Source of the DNA: Podarcis bocagei
Taxonomy: Eukaryota
Length of the DNA stretch: 64,000 nt
Direction: 5' to 3' (one strand)
NCBI GenBank assembly: GCA_964188305.1
Contig: OZ076894.1
Part shown: piece by piece, positions 52,094 to 64,000 of the stretch
Layout of the letters: each line of letters begins with the position of its first letter
Position numbering within the stretch: the stretch's first letter is position 1
Position numbers and translations under genes: made by a program
Notes under the pieces: generated by a model
Told to the model about the DNA's origin: nothing
Database searches by the model: none
Seen by the model: the letters and a program-made list of their open reading frames with translations, nothing else

Positions 52094-53722
52094 CTAAAAG
52101 AACAATAAGAAAACACACTTTAAGGTCTCCCTCTCAAGGCCAAATCCTGCAATTTAATGTAATTAATGTCAGGGCCAAGCTAACTTGATGAAGGCAGATT
52201 CCTTGGACAGACATTCTGCCCCAATTATGTGTAAAGTACAATTGGAGTTGGGGTACAATTTAAAATTCTGTTGCTTCCCCTCCTCCCCACAACCTCTCCC
52301 CACCTGTTTCACCCCAGTTTGTTTCTAGTATCATAGCCCAAATGCGGGGAAAGGGAGTGGGGGGCAGAGGAGCCGTGCACATGGGGAAGAAGTCACAGTA
52401 CAGACGGTGGAGTACCACCACTGATCGATTCTATCAGATTAATTGTATTTCTATGCCAGTTTTCAATCAAATTATCTCAAAGCTGCTTACAAACAATAAA
52501 TAACAATAATAAAACGTTAATAGAACACCGCAAATACAGCATAAATCACCTAAAATAATAAACAGATCACCAATAAAACAATTACAGTCTACAAAACTCT
52601 GCCAACAAAACAGCAACTGAAAAATAAAAAAACCTCAGAATTACAGCAAAAGTCATATTATACGATTAACAAATCAATATGGCATTTATAATCCATAAAA
52701 CAATATTAACAGCATGTACAAAATAGCAACTAAAGAAAATAAACTAAGCACTGTTAAGCTCTCACACACATTTTCAATGCCCCCAGGACTCATAATCTTT
52801 CATTCTGTTCAGTTCATTAAAAAACACATAATGCCCATTGCTAAGCCAGCTCAGCCTGTATGGCTGATGAGCAGGGTAAAATTATTTAATTAAATAAATA
52901 AACAAACACGGGGTGGGGGGTGGTGCACATGCGTTATGTATAGTTTGGCTTCCTGGTTTCAGTAATGGTTGTGCCAGGGTTAGCCCTTTTGATGCACAGA
53001 TAGGATTTACAGTCTAAATAATAGACATATATATTATGCTCATTAAGTATTAACAAAAAGTTCCCCTTATTTTTGAAAGTCTTCTGTAAACTGGAACACT
53101 AGCTAGAAAACAGTAGCAATATCAAACATGTATTCCAGTTCTACAACGTGCTTTGAGAATGCAATTGTTATTTGGGTTTGGTACAGAAGCTCTTTCCTTA
53201 CTAGGAAGATTTTTTTTATTTAAGTCTACTATGTTAGTCACCTTTTCCTTCCTTTTAAAAAATATTCTGCTTCTTCCTTCCTCCTTTCCTGATACTTTAG
53301 TCCCTCCTCCAGCTTCTACTCGTCTTACTCCTCTTTTTAATTTTTGTAGTGACAGCAGAGAAAATTCCTTATTATATGGGCACACAGATTACACCCTACT
53401 ATGGAAGTGGAAACTCCTGAATAATGTCGAGCGTGCGTGTGTTACCATGGATCATGGGGTGTCAGATATCCTAAGGCAATAATTGATTTCTTAAATGTCC
53501 TGTGGGAATTCTAAAATTTATGTATTTAAATCTTTTGTACACCACTTACTGTCACAAATGACCTCGAAGCAGTTTACGCATATCAATCAAAACAGTAAGA
53601 ACAAAATCAGGGCAAAGCAGAAAGTCCAGAAGAGACATCTGAAAATATTGACATTACATCTTTGTGAAGTAGAAATAATGCAGGTGAATAAGCAGGTGGG
53701 AGAGCAGCACCTATTACATATA

Positions 53723-53964
53723 CAGTGGTACCTCAGGTTAAGTACTTAATTCGTTCCGGAGGTCCGTAGTTAACCTGAAACTGTTCTTAACCTGAAGCAC
53801 CACTTTAGCTAATGGGGCCTCCTGCTGCTGCCGCGCTGCCGGAGCCCGATTTCTGTTCTCATCCTGAAGCAAAGTTCTTAACCTGAAGCACTATTTCTGG
53901 GTTAGCGGAGTCTGTAACCTGAAGTGTATGTAACCTGAAGCGTATGTAACCTGAGGTACCACTG
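53723..53964. mobile_element. Tc1/mariner (pogo/Tigger-like) MITE
   Basis: TA|cagtggtacctcaggtta ... taacctgaggtaccactg|TA; repeated taacctgaag motifs. Confidence 0.94.
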
Positions 53965-54526
53965 TATTATCACCCAGATCTGCTTAAACTTAAAGCTTTC
54001 CACTAGGAAATTAAACCTTACAACTATTTATAAGTGACTTCCGGCTGTAAGAAGCGAACAATCAAAACACAGCAGGGGCATCTGTGTTGCCTGATGATGA
54101 AGGAGTTTCAAAAGCTGGTGGTTCACTACCACGCATGCTTAGACAGTGCTCTTCCACTCTGGATTTTTCACTGTTCACTGTTTCACATTTTACAGAACTG
54201 CCTGCTGTAGTGCATGTTTACTGGGTGTACCCAAAGTGCACCCTGTAACGTGCAAGAGAGATACAACCCTTTCTTCTACCTCAAACTCACCAGCATATAC
54301 ACATGACAAGCCGATGGAACCAATTATACAGGGCTCCCTAGAGCAGGTAATAATTGAGGGGGAATGTTATGTTTCTCTCACACTTTGCAACGACGAAAGG
54401 TGCACAGCTCTCTCATGGCTTGTGCTGCAAATATCATATGATGATACTCCCAACTAATAAGCTAATTCCAGATCATTTTTTTTATTTAGCTACTGTTTCT
54501 ATGTCCCAGTTATTCAGAATTGATCA

Positions 54527-54769
<243 letters not shown>

Positions 54770-55369
54770 TCACTATTTCCTCTGATTTTCTATGTAACTA
54801 ACATAACCCTCTATCTAATAAGCATTTAAGGGCTTAGCTCCTTAGGGCCTAGATTCTGAAACTGTGACGAGGACACTCTGTCCTGACTTGGAATAGCAAA
54901 CACAAATATTTAGAGAGGGAGTGCCTTCCTTGCCCCATCAAGCAAGAGCTCACTATCCACTAACAGAGAATTTTTAGTGATCCACATTAATTTCCAAGGG
55001 TTCCCTGTGTAAATGATTTATTGGGGTGACAATAGCCAGAGCAGTCCTCTCATAATGTCAGTGTGGGTTGGTGCCTGAATCAACAAATCCTTGCCTGCAT
55101 CAGCATGCTAAATGAAACTGTGCTCAATGATGCAGATAGGGTTGGGGCTCAGGGTTCAAATCCAGCCCCTACCCAGCCCAAAGCCTCCCCAAATGATCAG
55201 CAGGGAGAGGAAGGAAGTTGGTGATGGGGCACCTGGGCCAATTGAGGCTCTTCCTGGTTACCGTAGCAATCTTTCTTCATATTTTAAAAACATTTTATAG
55301 TCAGGGGGCAACCAGACAGCCATGTGCAGGATTTCAGGTGCTTGTTTTATTGTTTAAGAACAACTTGTT

Positions 55370-55553
55370 TAAGAACAACTACCAGACTTTTAGAAGACAT
55401 CTGAAGGCAGCCCTCTTTAGGGAAGCTTTTAATGTTTAACAGACCACTGTATTTTAATACTTTGTTGGAAGCCACCCAGAGTGGCTGGGGAAACCCAGCC
55501 AGATGGGCGGGGTATAAATAATAAATTATTATTGTTATTGTTATTGCTATTAT
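55370..55553 (+). mobile_element. L2 3' end fragment
   Basis: NNYQTFRRHLKAALFREAFNV and the same 3' UTR and tail as 33460-33826. Confidence 0.9.
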
Positions 55554-55555
55554 TT

Positions 55556-55737
55556 TGACATGCAGCTGCTGGGTGACCTTGGGCCAGTCACACTTCTCTG
55601 AAGTCTCTCAGCCCCACTCACCTCACAGAGTGTTTGTTGTGGGGAAGGAAGGGAAAGGAGAATGTTAGCCACTTTGAGACTCCTTCGGGTAGTGATAAAG
55701 CGGGATATCAAATCCAAACTCCTCCTCCTCCTCCTTT
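55556..55737 (+). mobile_element. 5'-truncated CORE-SINE (MIR/Squam3-like)
   Basis: CORE-like ctgggtgaccttgggccagtcac ... ctctcagcccc, L2-like 3' part, (ctc)n tail. Confidence 0.75.
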
Positions 55738-55881
55738 TCAGCAATGAAACTGTGCTTATCTCCCTGCAAATGCGTTTAGATTCAGGGCTACAGAAACAGT
55801 CGCTTTTATTCCTGTAATCATGATGGCAATATGATTTAAAGGAGCTTTAAATGTGAAACTGTCTATGCCTAGAGTGAACGA

Positions 55882-56239
55882 GGGGACGCAGGTGGCGCTG
55901 TGGGTAAATCCTCAGCGCCTAGGACTTGCTGATTGCATGGTCGGCAGTTCAAATCCCTGCGGTGGGGTGAGCTCCCGTCTGCGGTCTCAGCTCCTGCCCA
56001 CCTAGCAGTTCGAAAGCACCCCTAAAAGTGCAAGTAGATAAATAGGTACCGCTTTCTAGCGGGAAGGTAAACGGCGTTTCCGTGTGCTGCGCTGGTGCTG
56101 GCTCATCAGAGCAGCTTCGTCACACTGGCCACATGACCCGGAAGTGTCTCCGGACAGCGCTGGCCCCCGGCCTCTTAAGTGAGATGGGCGCACAACCCTA
56201 GAGTCAGACACGACTGGCCTTTGGGCAGGGGTACCTTTA
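55882..56239 (+). mobile_element. Sauria SINE, full length
   Basis: Head ggggacgcaggtggcgctgtggg, B-box-like agttcaaatcc, tail tacctttac, 12-bp TSD cctagagtgaac (55868-55879, 56240-56251). Confidence 0.92.
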
Positions 56240-57578
56240 CCTAGAGTGAACAGTTTTTGTGTGTGTTCATTTGCCATAGCATATAAATAATGTAGACACA
56301 TTTGTAAAAGGATGGGAGTGGTGGTAGCAGGCAGGGGTGTGGGGCTCAAAAGAAAAGCTAATTGTGTGTCCACAACTGAAATTATAGTACGTGGCTATCT
56401 GAAATCCACTTCTCCTGGTAAGTTCATTGAGTCCAGGGCCTACAACAGAGGTTGCTTGTGGGCACAAATGTGGCCACAGAGACCTTTGCTAGCAACCTGG
56501 GGGTCCCCCTGCCCCTCCTCCCACTGAAATTAGATTTGAAAGAAACATAGACCAGGTCATGGTGTGGGGACAGTTTCTCCAGTTTGTAAATCTGCCCTCG
56601 GGTTCAAAAAGGTTGGTGAGCCCTAGTCTAAAATTTCCTTATTGTTCCACTTGCTGTGCTCAAGAATCTCTATAAGCTCACCTGTGCAACCTATAATTAA
56701 TTTATTGAAGGAGCCGACACGATGACAGTAAATTTATAATGAGGATCCTGAATTTTAAAACTTTTGCTAAACATTGGAATACAAGCTTTAAACATGACTG
56801 TGTACCAGATTTGTGAAGGTGGAGAGAACTATAGATATCATGTGGATTTATTCCACCTCCAATTATAGCGGCTAGAGAGGTGCAGAATATACCATCTCAT
56901 TAGTTACAATCTGACCCATGGGCTTAAACTTAAACTTTACGGAGCATTTGAAATTAGAGGAGAAGCCTTTGTTATGGAAGAAATAGAGTCAGATGGAGTA
57001 TGTGATCTGAAATGCAGGATATAGCAGTCTGCGAGACAGCCTTATCCTGCACTGTCCCTACAGTGACATCTCTGCAGAGGAAGGAACTGTTAATTTCTTG
57101 ACTAAGACCCCCCCCCCCCGGCGCAGTAATGAGAAGCTGGATCTTTCATCTTGTTAGTCATGATGAACATAACAGATTGCATCCATTAATAACACATATT
57201 TTTAGACAGTGACACCAGAACTGCTAAAATAGCAGTTGGCACAAGAACATTTCACTTTACCACAGAATTCACATACTATGTACTCATTTATAGAGGTACA
57301 TCCCTACTATGTCCTGACAGCATATGTCGGGCCACTTCAATAGGCAGACGTAACAGCAGCTGCTACTTACTTACCACCTTTAACCAATGGGGGAAAAATG
57401 AATTTACATTGAGCATCTGGTGTAAGAATTACACAGCAATCAGCACAGAAGACAACCTTTGAAATGCCTTGTGCGGTAAAAAGAAGAAGCAGCTATTTTG
57501 CATATGTTCAAATTTTGATAAATAATATGTCAATGATTGGCAAATATGTTTTGTGATGCCAGATGAACTGAATGTAAT

Positions 57579-57928
57579 CAGTGGCGTAGCGTGGGTTCTC
57601 AGCACCCGGGGCAAGGCAAGTAATTTGCGCCCCCTAACCCGTGGATTTTAGCACTCGAGTCTCTTCCGCGCCTCCCCAGATGTTGCGCCAGGTGCAGCAG
57701 GCCCCCCTGCACCCCCCACGCTATGCCACTGCTCCCACCACAAGTCTTCAGGACAGCCATCCGAAGGCTGGCGCGGGGAGAAGGTCTCTCCGCCCCACCG
57801 CCAGGCTTCGGAGGAGGTCTGAGGACAGTGGGGTTCCTGCTTCCTCGAGGAGGGCCGGCCAAACGCGCCCCCCCAAATGTTGCGCCCGGTGCGGCCGGCA
57901 CCCCTGGCACCCCCACACTACGCCACTG
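57579..57928. mobile_element. Non-autonomous hAT element with a duplicated right end
   Basis: TIRs cagtggcgtag / ctacgccactg; perfect 8-bp TSD aatgtaat (57571-57578, 57929-57936). Confidence 0.9.
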
Positions 57929-59446
57929 AATGTAATGAATCCAATCTGAATCATTTCGAGCAGGTGGGGGAGCCTTGAAACATTAGGAAGCAATAGAAGC
58001 TTCCCATTACAAATTAGAGGAGAATTTTAAATAGCAAACACTTCTGAAAACACATGACATTAACCGAACGAATGATTCAGGAACTGCTGCTTCAACTGAC
58101 CACAGCCTAAAGCAGCACAGTCAAATAAGCTTTGCCAGTAGTTTGGCTAGAGTAGCTTTGCTTTAACACTGGACAGATCAGATTTTGAACATTTGCTGTA
58201 AAAGAACCATTTGCTACTGTGCAGTAAATCCAATTTCATACTGCAACTGTATACTCTCCTTCGGCAGCTACTTTGCCAGCTGTACGTGTTTTCTGTATCT
58301 GTGTGAGAATCTATCCTTTCCTCAAGTTGTAACGGGGAAATATAACACTGCTATGTAGACAAGGAGCCTAAAATATCATTAACTGGTTTCTGACTGCACT
58401 TCAGATATACACACAGAACTCAATTAAGTAGCATTGTATCGAACTTTTGCAAACATTTTAATTTTAGACTGGAAACCCTTGCAACAATGGAAATAAGCTT
58501 ATATACATTCGAAATGGTCACAAAATATGCATCATGGGTTTGTAACAGTTACCTAAACAAAACTGTAGGGAAAAAAAGTTCCACTGAGAGCCAGTTACTA
58601 CACTATTGCTCTCTTGCTGAGGGAGTTTGAGGGAATCAAGTTCCCTGCTTCATTCAGCTTCTCTGCAATATCCTTATCCTCCTTTTAACATTCCCTTGAC
58701 TCCCTTGTCATCCAAGGGATGACAAGACAAGTTTTCTGCTACTGAGAAGTTTCTGTTGGTCATGTTTTTAGCAATGTGTTCCTCAAGCCCAACAGTTTAG
58801 GTGCCTGCGGCTACAACTGTGTCTCAGTGGGCATCTTTTCCTAATCTCCCCACACACACACACACAATTTTGTTCATGTGTAGACCATTGATATTCATGT
58901 GCTTTACTCCCAAGACCTTTTATCTAGGCCTAGAATCCAAATGTTGAAGGTAATAAGTGGGCTGCGATCCAGTTCAGCCCATTTATTTAGCTGAAATAAG
59001 TAGGATTTAAGTAGTCAGCTGTGAGCAGAATTGTCAGCCTCTGCCACAATCCAACAGGGAGTTAAGCATGTTCAGGCCCATTGGAATCAATAGATTTTAG
59101 CATGCTGAGCATTTTGTTGGGCTGTGTCATCACTTTCACTAAAAACTGATATATTTGGAAAATGATAGTTTAATCCTCTCGTGAACATAAAGCTGTAGAA
59201 ATTCTGAGTCATACTTATTTTTATTGTAAGCAGGAAATATGCAATGATGGCTTATGTGCCAGGCTTCAGTCTTTGAGTGTAGAACTAATTATTTCAGAAC
59301 CTATATTCTGGTGTTCCTAAATCAGCAATACTGACTTCGCTTCCTTTAAATGCAAGCACCAATACATAGTAGCCTAAATTACTTCAACTGAAGGAAACGC
59401 ATTATAGCGTTCATATTTGTTATATTTCAAGACTTATTTCAAACTA

Positions 59447-59664
59447 CAGCAAGCCCGCAACTAATGCAAGGCTTACATTCCAGGGATCACACCTAAAGTC
59501 AAAATTGCATACAGTATAGTCAAAACACTGGGTGCAATGGTGAGTAGGATAGTCTTATTTCCTGGACACCCATCCCCTTTCCACCACCCCCCTTTTTAAA
59601 AAAATGTGCAGCACGTAAAGCTGAATGCGTATAAGTTAAATGCGTGTAAGTTGCAAGCTTATTG
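59447..59664. mobile_element. Mariner-type MITE
   Basis: TA|cagcaagcccgcaact ... agttgcaagcttattg|TA. Confidence 0.8.
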
Positions 59665-60972
59665 TACTATGCCGCTCTGAGATTGTAAAAGTCAGACAAG
59701 TTCACTGAAGCACTATTTGTGACATTTATGACATAAGGCAAGCTGGCAAAGTAATGTGGTCACTCCAAAAAGAGAAATAAATGAAGATGTAGTGTAATGG
59801 GCACAATATACTGAAATCTTCAGTTACAAATGTTCTATTTTTCTTATGGCAAAATTACATTAATTGTGGTTTACGAAAAACCATTTAACTTCAATTTTGC
59901 AACTCAGCAGACACAGAAGAAGAACTGGAGACAAGGCAGATCAACAGTTCAAGAGGACAGGATTGCTGCAAGTCTCCAGAGATAAACAATCAATGAACAT
60001 TTGTCAGCACAACTGAGAAATTAATGGTAACGTAAGCAAATTCAGTAGTAGCACTGCTGTCTCATGCAGAATAATGAATCACACATTTTCACTGCTGGAA
60101 CAGGAAAGCACACAATACATTATGGAAAGGGAAAATGAAACATAATATATATTCAGAACCATTTTAACAAAACCGTACTTAGAAAAACTGAGAAAATTTA
60201 AAGTAAAGCAAATTATTTATATAAAAATGACAGTGAAGACAGCTATGCCATTTTGCAATTACTATACTTTCAAAGAGAAGTACACAACCTTCGAAAAATT
60301 AACTCGCAGTGTTTTGCATCTCCATGAGAGCTCGGATCTCAATATTTGAAAGCTGTGGATAGTGCAGAACACATAATATTTGTTTTATGGTTTAGTAGTG
60401 TTAAGCATGTCATACAGTCATGCTTTTCAAAGGCTGTTTTGCATCTTTAGGACCAACAACGTATTTTTTAAAAAAAATAAAAGAGTTTTGTGATTAATAA
60501 GAAATATCCTAAAAGCAAACATACCATATGCAGGCAGGCTATTTTATTCTGTTTAACAAATTACAGAATATACTGTATATTGATGACTTCAAGAGTGGGT
60601 TGCTGCAGTGCAACTCTATGTGGGGCTTCCATTGCACTTGCGAAGCTGCACTTAGTGCAGGATGCTGCAGCATAGTTGATGACAGACACACTACCCTGCC
60701 AGCATACACTTCAGCTCAGAGATCTGCACTGGCTGCTGATTTCTTATCAGGCCTTGGGACTCGTTTACTTGCAGGATTGCCTTATGACCCTGCTCCATGC
60801 CCTCAAGTACTTTTTTTACTTGGAATGTGTCCTTGAACAGAAATAAATCCTTGAGCTTGCCTGGACAGAGTGCACACATGAGGGAAACCTCTGGCTTTTC
60901 CTAGTAAAATGTAGCCTACTATACAAAGGTAAGAACTGCATCCATTGCTCCATGCTCTTTTGCCTCTAGCCC

Positions 60973-61284
60973 CAGTGGCAGAACGAGTCGATTGGGTGCC
61001 TGGGGCGGAGTGCCTGGGGTGGGGCAGGCAGGGGCAGGACGCTCTGTGGGACCTCTGAGGAGTCTGCCTGTCTCCTCCCACTCAGCTGCCCTACAGCTGA
61101 GGGGAAGGCAGTGGGTGGACTGTTTGGGCAGGTGCCCAAGCCACCATGTCACTCCCAGGAGAGACGCATGACTCGGGCGTGCTGCAGGCCCTAATACAGT
61201 GAGTGCCGCCTGGCATTTTGTCACCACCTCAGTGGTGACACCCGGATCAGTCCGCCCCAACTGCACCCCCTTCCTCCGCCCTTG
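60973..61284. mobile_element. Non-autonomous hAT-like element
   Basis: 8-bp TSD tctagccc (60965-60972, 61285-61292); degenerate TIRs cagtggcagaac / cctccgcccttg. Confidence 0.75.
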
Positions 61285-61979
61285 TCTAGCCCCACCCACT
61301 GCCATCATGCACTCTCTCCACCACCACCACAGGATAACTGTGAGGGAGTGCAGCTCTCAATCCGAAAAAGATTCCCTGCCCCTGTTAGACTGAATAGAAG
61401 GAACAGCCAGAATATCCTCGTGGTTATCTCTCATTCCATGAGATGTTAAAACCGCCACCCCAGGAACCAATTTGGATGGGCTTTCCCAGTATGAAAGCCC
61501 AGAAGATTAGGACCAGGCACTCAGATGGGGCTTCAGACAAAAATGGATCTGAACTGCTAACTAAAGCCAAAGTTGAATAAATTGACTAATGTACAGTTCA
61601 AAGGCTTTGTCTCATTAACCACTCTTAAAACCACACACTCATTAAAGCGGAGTTTTAAACCAAAGCATTTTCACTTTGTGGTTATATCTGTGTAGGACTG
61701 GGCTGAGTTGGGCTGCGAGATTTGCAGCATTTTCGTTGCCTTTGGTTTCATGGTTTTATCTTTTATTTTTAAATTGTTTTCATCCTACTTCATGGAAAGC
61801 TGCCCAGAGAGCAACATGTTACGGGGCATTAGACAAATGTCATGAATGAGTGAATAAATAAATATGAAGCTTAAAAATAAAATAAAAACCCCCACAAGAT
61901 CAGGAGAAACATGAACAAACAGCAACAAAAATGTTTGGTTTGAACAAAGCGCCAACCCTTGGGAATAATTGCAAAGTAC

Positions 61980-62095
61980 CTTCTCTCCAGGCGTCACTGA
62001 AATTCTCCATATGCAGTGTGTATACGAAGGGTAGCCATTTGGAAACCCAGGAGAGGAGAAGTTGCCTGTAGACTCTTGCAGTGTTTCTCCACACG
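61980..62095 (-). CDS. TLL1: TLL1 coding exon, CUB1 start (first exon in window; upstream exons lie outside the window)
   Basis: ttcag|CG TGT GGA GAA ... GAG AAG|gtactt; 116 nt; (A)[38 protein letters not shown] matches tolloid-like 1 CUB1. Confidence 0.96.
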
Positions 62096-63055
62096 CTGAA
62101 AGAAATTAGATATTATAGCAGCTGAGGGTTGCCTGACAAAGTGCAAAGAAATTGTGTTTCTTCTTTACTGTGAATAATTAACAGCAGAGGCAGGAGATGC
62201 TTTATACAAAGCAACATTTTTGAAACAATCCGACAAGGACATTTTGTCCTGTCCAAAACATTATTTCCATGTCCTTTCCCCTTACTTTAAATCAAAATTA
62301 AAAAATTACAGCATGCCTTTAAATGTCACTGCTGACCATCAGGCAAGTAAATAGTAACAACAACCTTATGTTTCCACACAACAGAAAAATAAGTGGAACA
62401 ATTGTCATGATGCTGAACACTAACCAGAATTGTTCATGTATTTTATATGTTAGATAAGGATATATTCATATTAAACTAGAAATTATTTTTAAAAGATGTG
62501 CATAAATTTCTTGTAACAATACTGATAATAAAGCATAGCAAATATAACAACCAATGACATTTATTTTATTGCTATACCTTATTCTTTTACTCTATTTCCT
62601 ACTTAGCTGTCTATCATACTGTTTCAGGGCAGAACGGGGTTCTGACTAATTTTTCCCTTCCCAGTGAATTTCAGTAGAAACTGAAGTATTTATATGCCAT
62701 TAAAGTTCATTCACTTTTCACTCCAGCTTATCTGCCATTTATCCTTATAACTTTAAATCAGCTATTTGTTTCTCCTGTTGATTGGGTAGCATGGGCTGAA
62801 GGACAGCTCTTTGAAGCTCGTTACCTTGCCATTAGTAAGAGTAAGATCAGATTTTGCTAAAATACTCTGTCACATCCATTTTGAGGACATTAAAATGCCA
62901 TCTGCTACTCATTGAGGACTACAAGCATCATCATTTATCCATATTTTGTTGTATGATGTAGCAATCTGTGATGGCTGAATTGGTGGTGGTAACAACAACA
63001 TTTGTACACTACCTAGTGTCCCACATTGTACATCTGGTACACTGCTTAGAACGTA

Positions 63056-63350
63056 CTGTATTTTTTCGTGTATAACACCCCCCCCGTGTATAAGATGCCC
63101 ACTATTTTGGGGGACTCGGAATTAAGAAAATAGGGGGAGATTGCCACGTCTGGCTAACACTGCCAATATCACATGTAGCAGAAGCCGAAAATCGTCTGCC
63201 CAATTGCCGCAACAACAGCCAGTCAACCGCAGCCCTCGCTGCAGCCACCAATCACCCGAAAAACACAGATGACAAACTCCTACTCGAAGCTGCAACCAAT
63301 CACCCTTCCCCACTCAGAACTACCCATGTATAAGACGACCCCAATTTTTT
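63056..63350. mobile_element. Truncated Tc1/mariner MITE (CCGTATTT-type left TIR)
   Basis: TA|ctgtattttttcgtgtataa with repeated gtataagac-like motifs; right TIR not found. Confidence 0.65.
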
Positions 63351-64000
63351 AGATCTCCCTTCCTTAAAAGCACACATTCATAAATTCAGGGTTCTGCACT
63401 GGAAAAATCTCTGACTAATGCAAGAAGACTTAACAAAACTGTGAGTTTAGACCTGCAGACAAGAAAAAGCTGGGTACAAAGTTGCTACTGTTTGGTGTAA
63501 AGTTATTCAATTTCCCCTGTAATGTCACCTCAGGACAATTCTGACCATAAAAAACCAAGATGTAATGTTTGCTGAAGATGCCAAAATGGACTTTGAAGTT
63601 ATGAAAAATTTTAAGACCTCTGTCTGGTATATTAAAATTAAATCTGACCACAAAAGGGCTGGGTATCTGTGTGAATAAACCTCCTCACCCCACCTCCTGG
63701 TAAGATATGTGTTTACTCAGCCTCGTTTTTTGAACTATACTCGCAGTATATCTGACTGGTAAACTAATGGTTGTCTTTGTTTATGAGGACTGTAGATACC
63801 TCTATTCATTTAAGAATGTTCTATAAGATCAGTCAGATGATTTCAAAATTAGATGGTTGCTGGCTAATGTAGACAACTCCATTCCTATAGATAGCTTTAT
63901 ATGCACTAAGAGCAAAAAAGTTACAGGCTACTTTTTTGACCCAAAGCATAGTTGACTGTCAAGGGGATTTTTTAAAAAATCTAAATGATTTGGGGAACTT

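Noticed and set aside
55882-55970. tRNA gene (A/B-box-like motifs), also near 38990-39059
   Set aside because: These are tRNA-derived heads of Sauria SINEs; no complete cloverleaf.
62100-64000. Next upstream TLL1 exon (end of the astacin domain)
   Set aside because: No matching translation found; it probably lies beyond the window.

Overview
Vertebrate genomic DNA from a squamate lizard, probably a lacertid, judged from its Sauria SINEs, CORE-SINE, BovB, CR1, L2 and many MITEs. The only protein-coding gene I can support is the 3' part of tolloid-like 1 (TLL1) on the minus strand. It has 13 GT-AG exons from 62095 down to the stop at 22440, totalling 2000 nt in one continuous frame that encodes CUB1-CUB2-EGF1-CUB3-EGF2-CUB4-CUB5. 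The prodomain and astacin protease exons lie beyond the right edge. The 3' UTR probably runs to about 20545, and 1-20500 is repeat-rich intergenic DNA. Three observations stand out. (1) An 808-bp non-coding insert (47717-48524) splits a BovB fragment; it has a tyrosine-recombinase-like end junction, TATA and poly(A) signals, and a ~310-nt multi-hairpin fold. (2) A candidate extra 120-nt, frame-preserving TLL1 exon (33064-33183) sits between CUB3 and EGF2, where BMP1 branches into its short isoform, and starts DKRAA versus EKRPA in BMP1. (3) A young 935-bp hAT element (5048-5982) carries a CpG-island, promoter-like cargo. All coordinates were read by eye; no database searches or folding programs were run.
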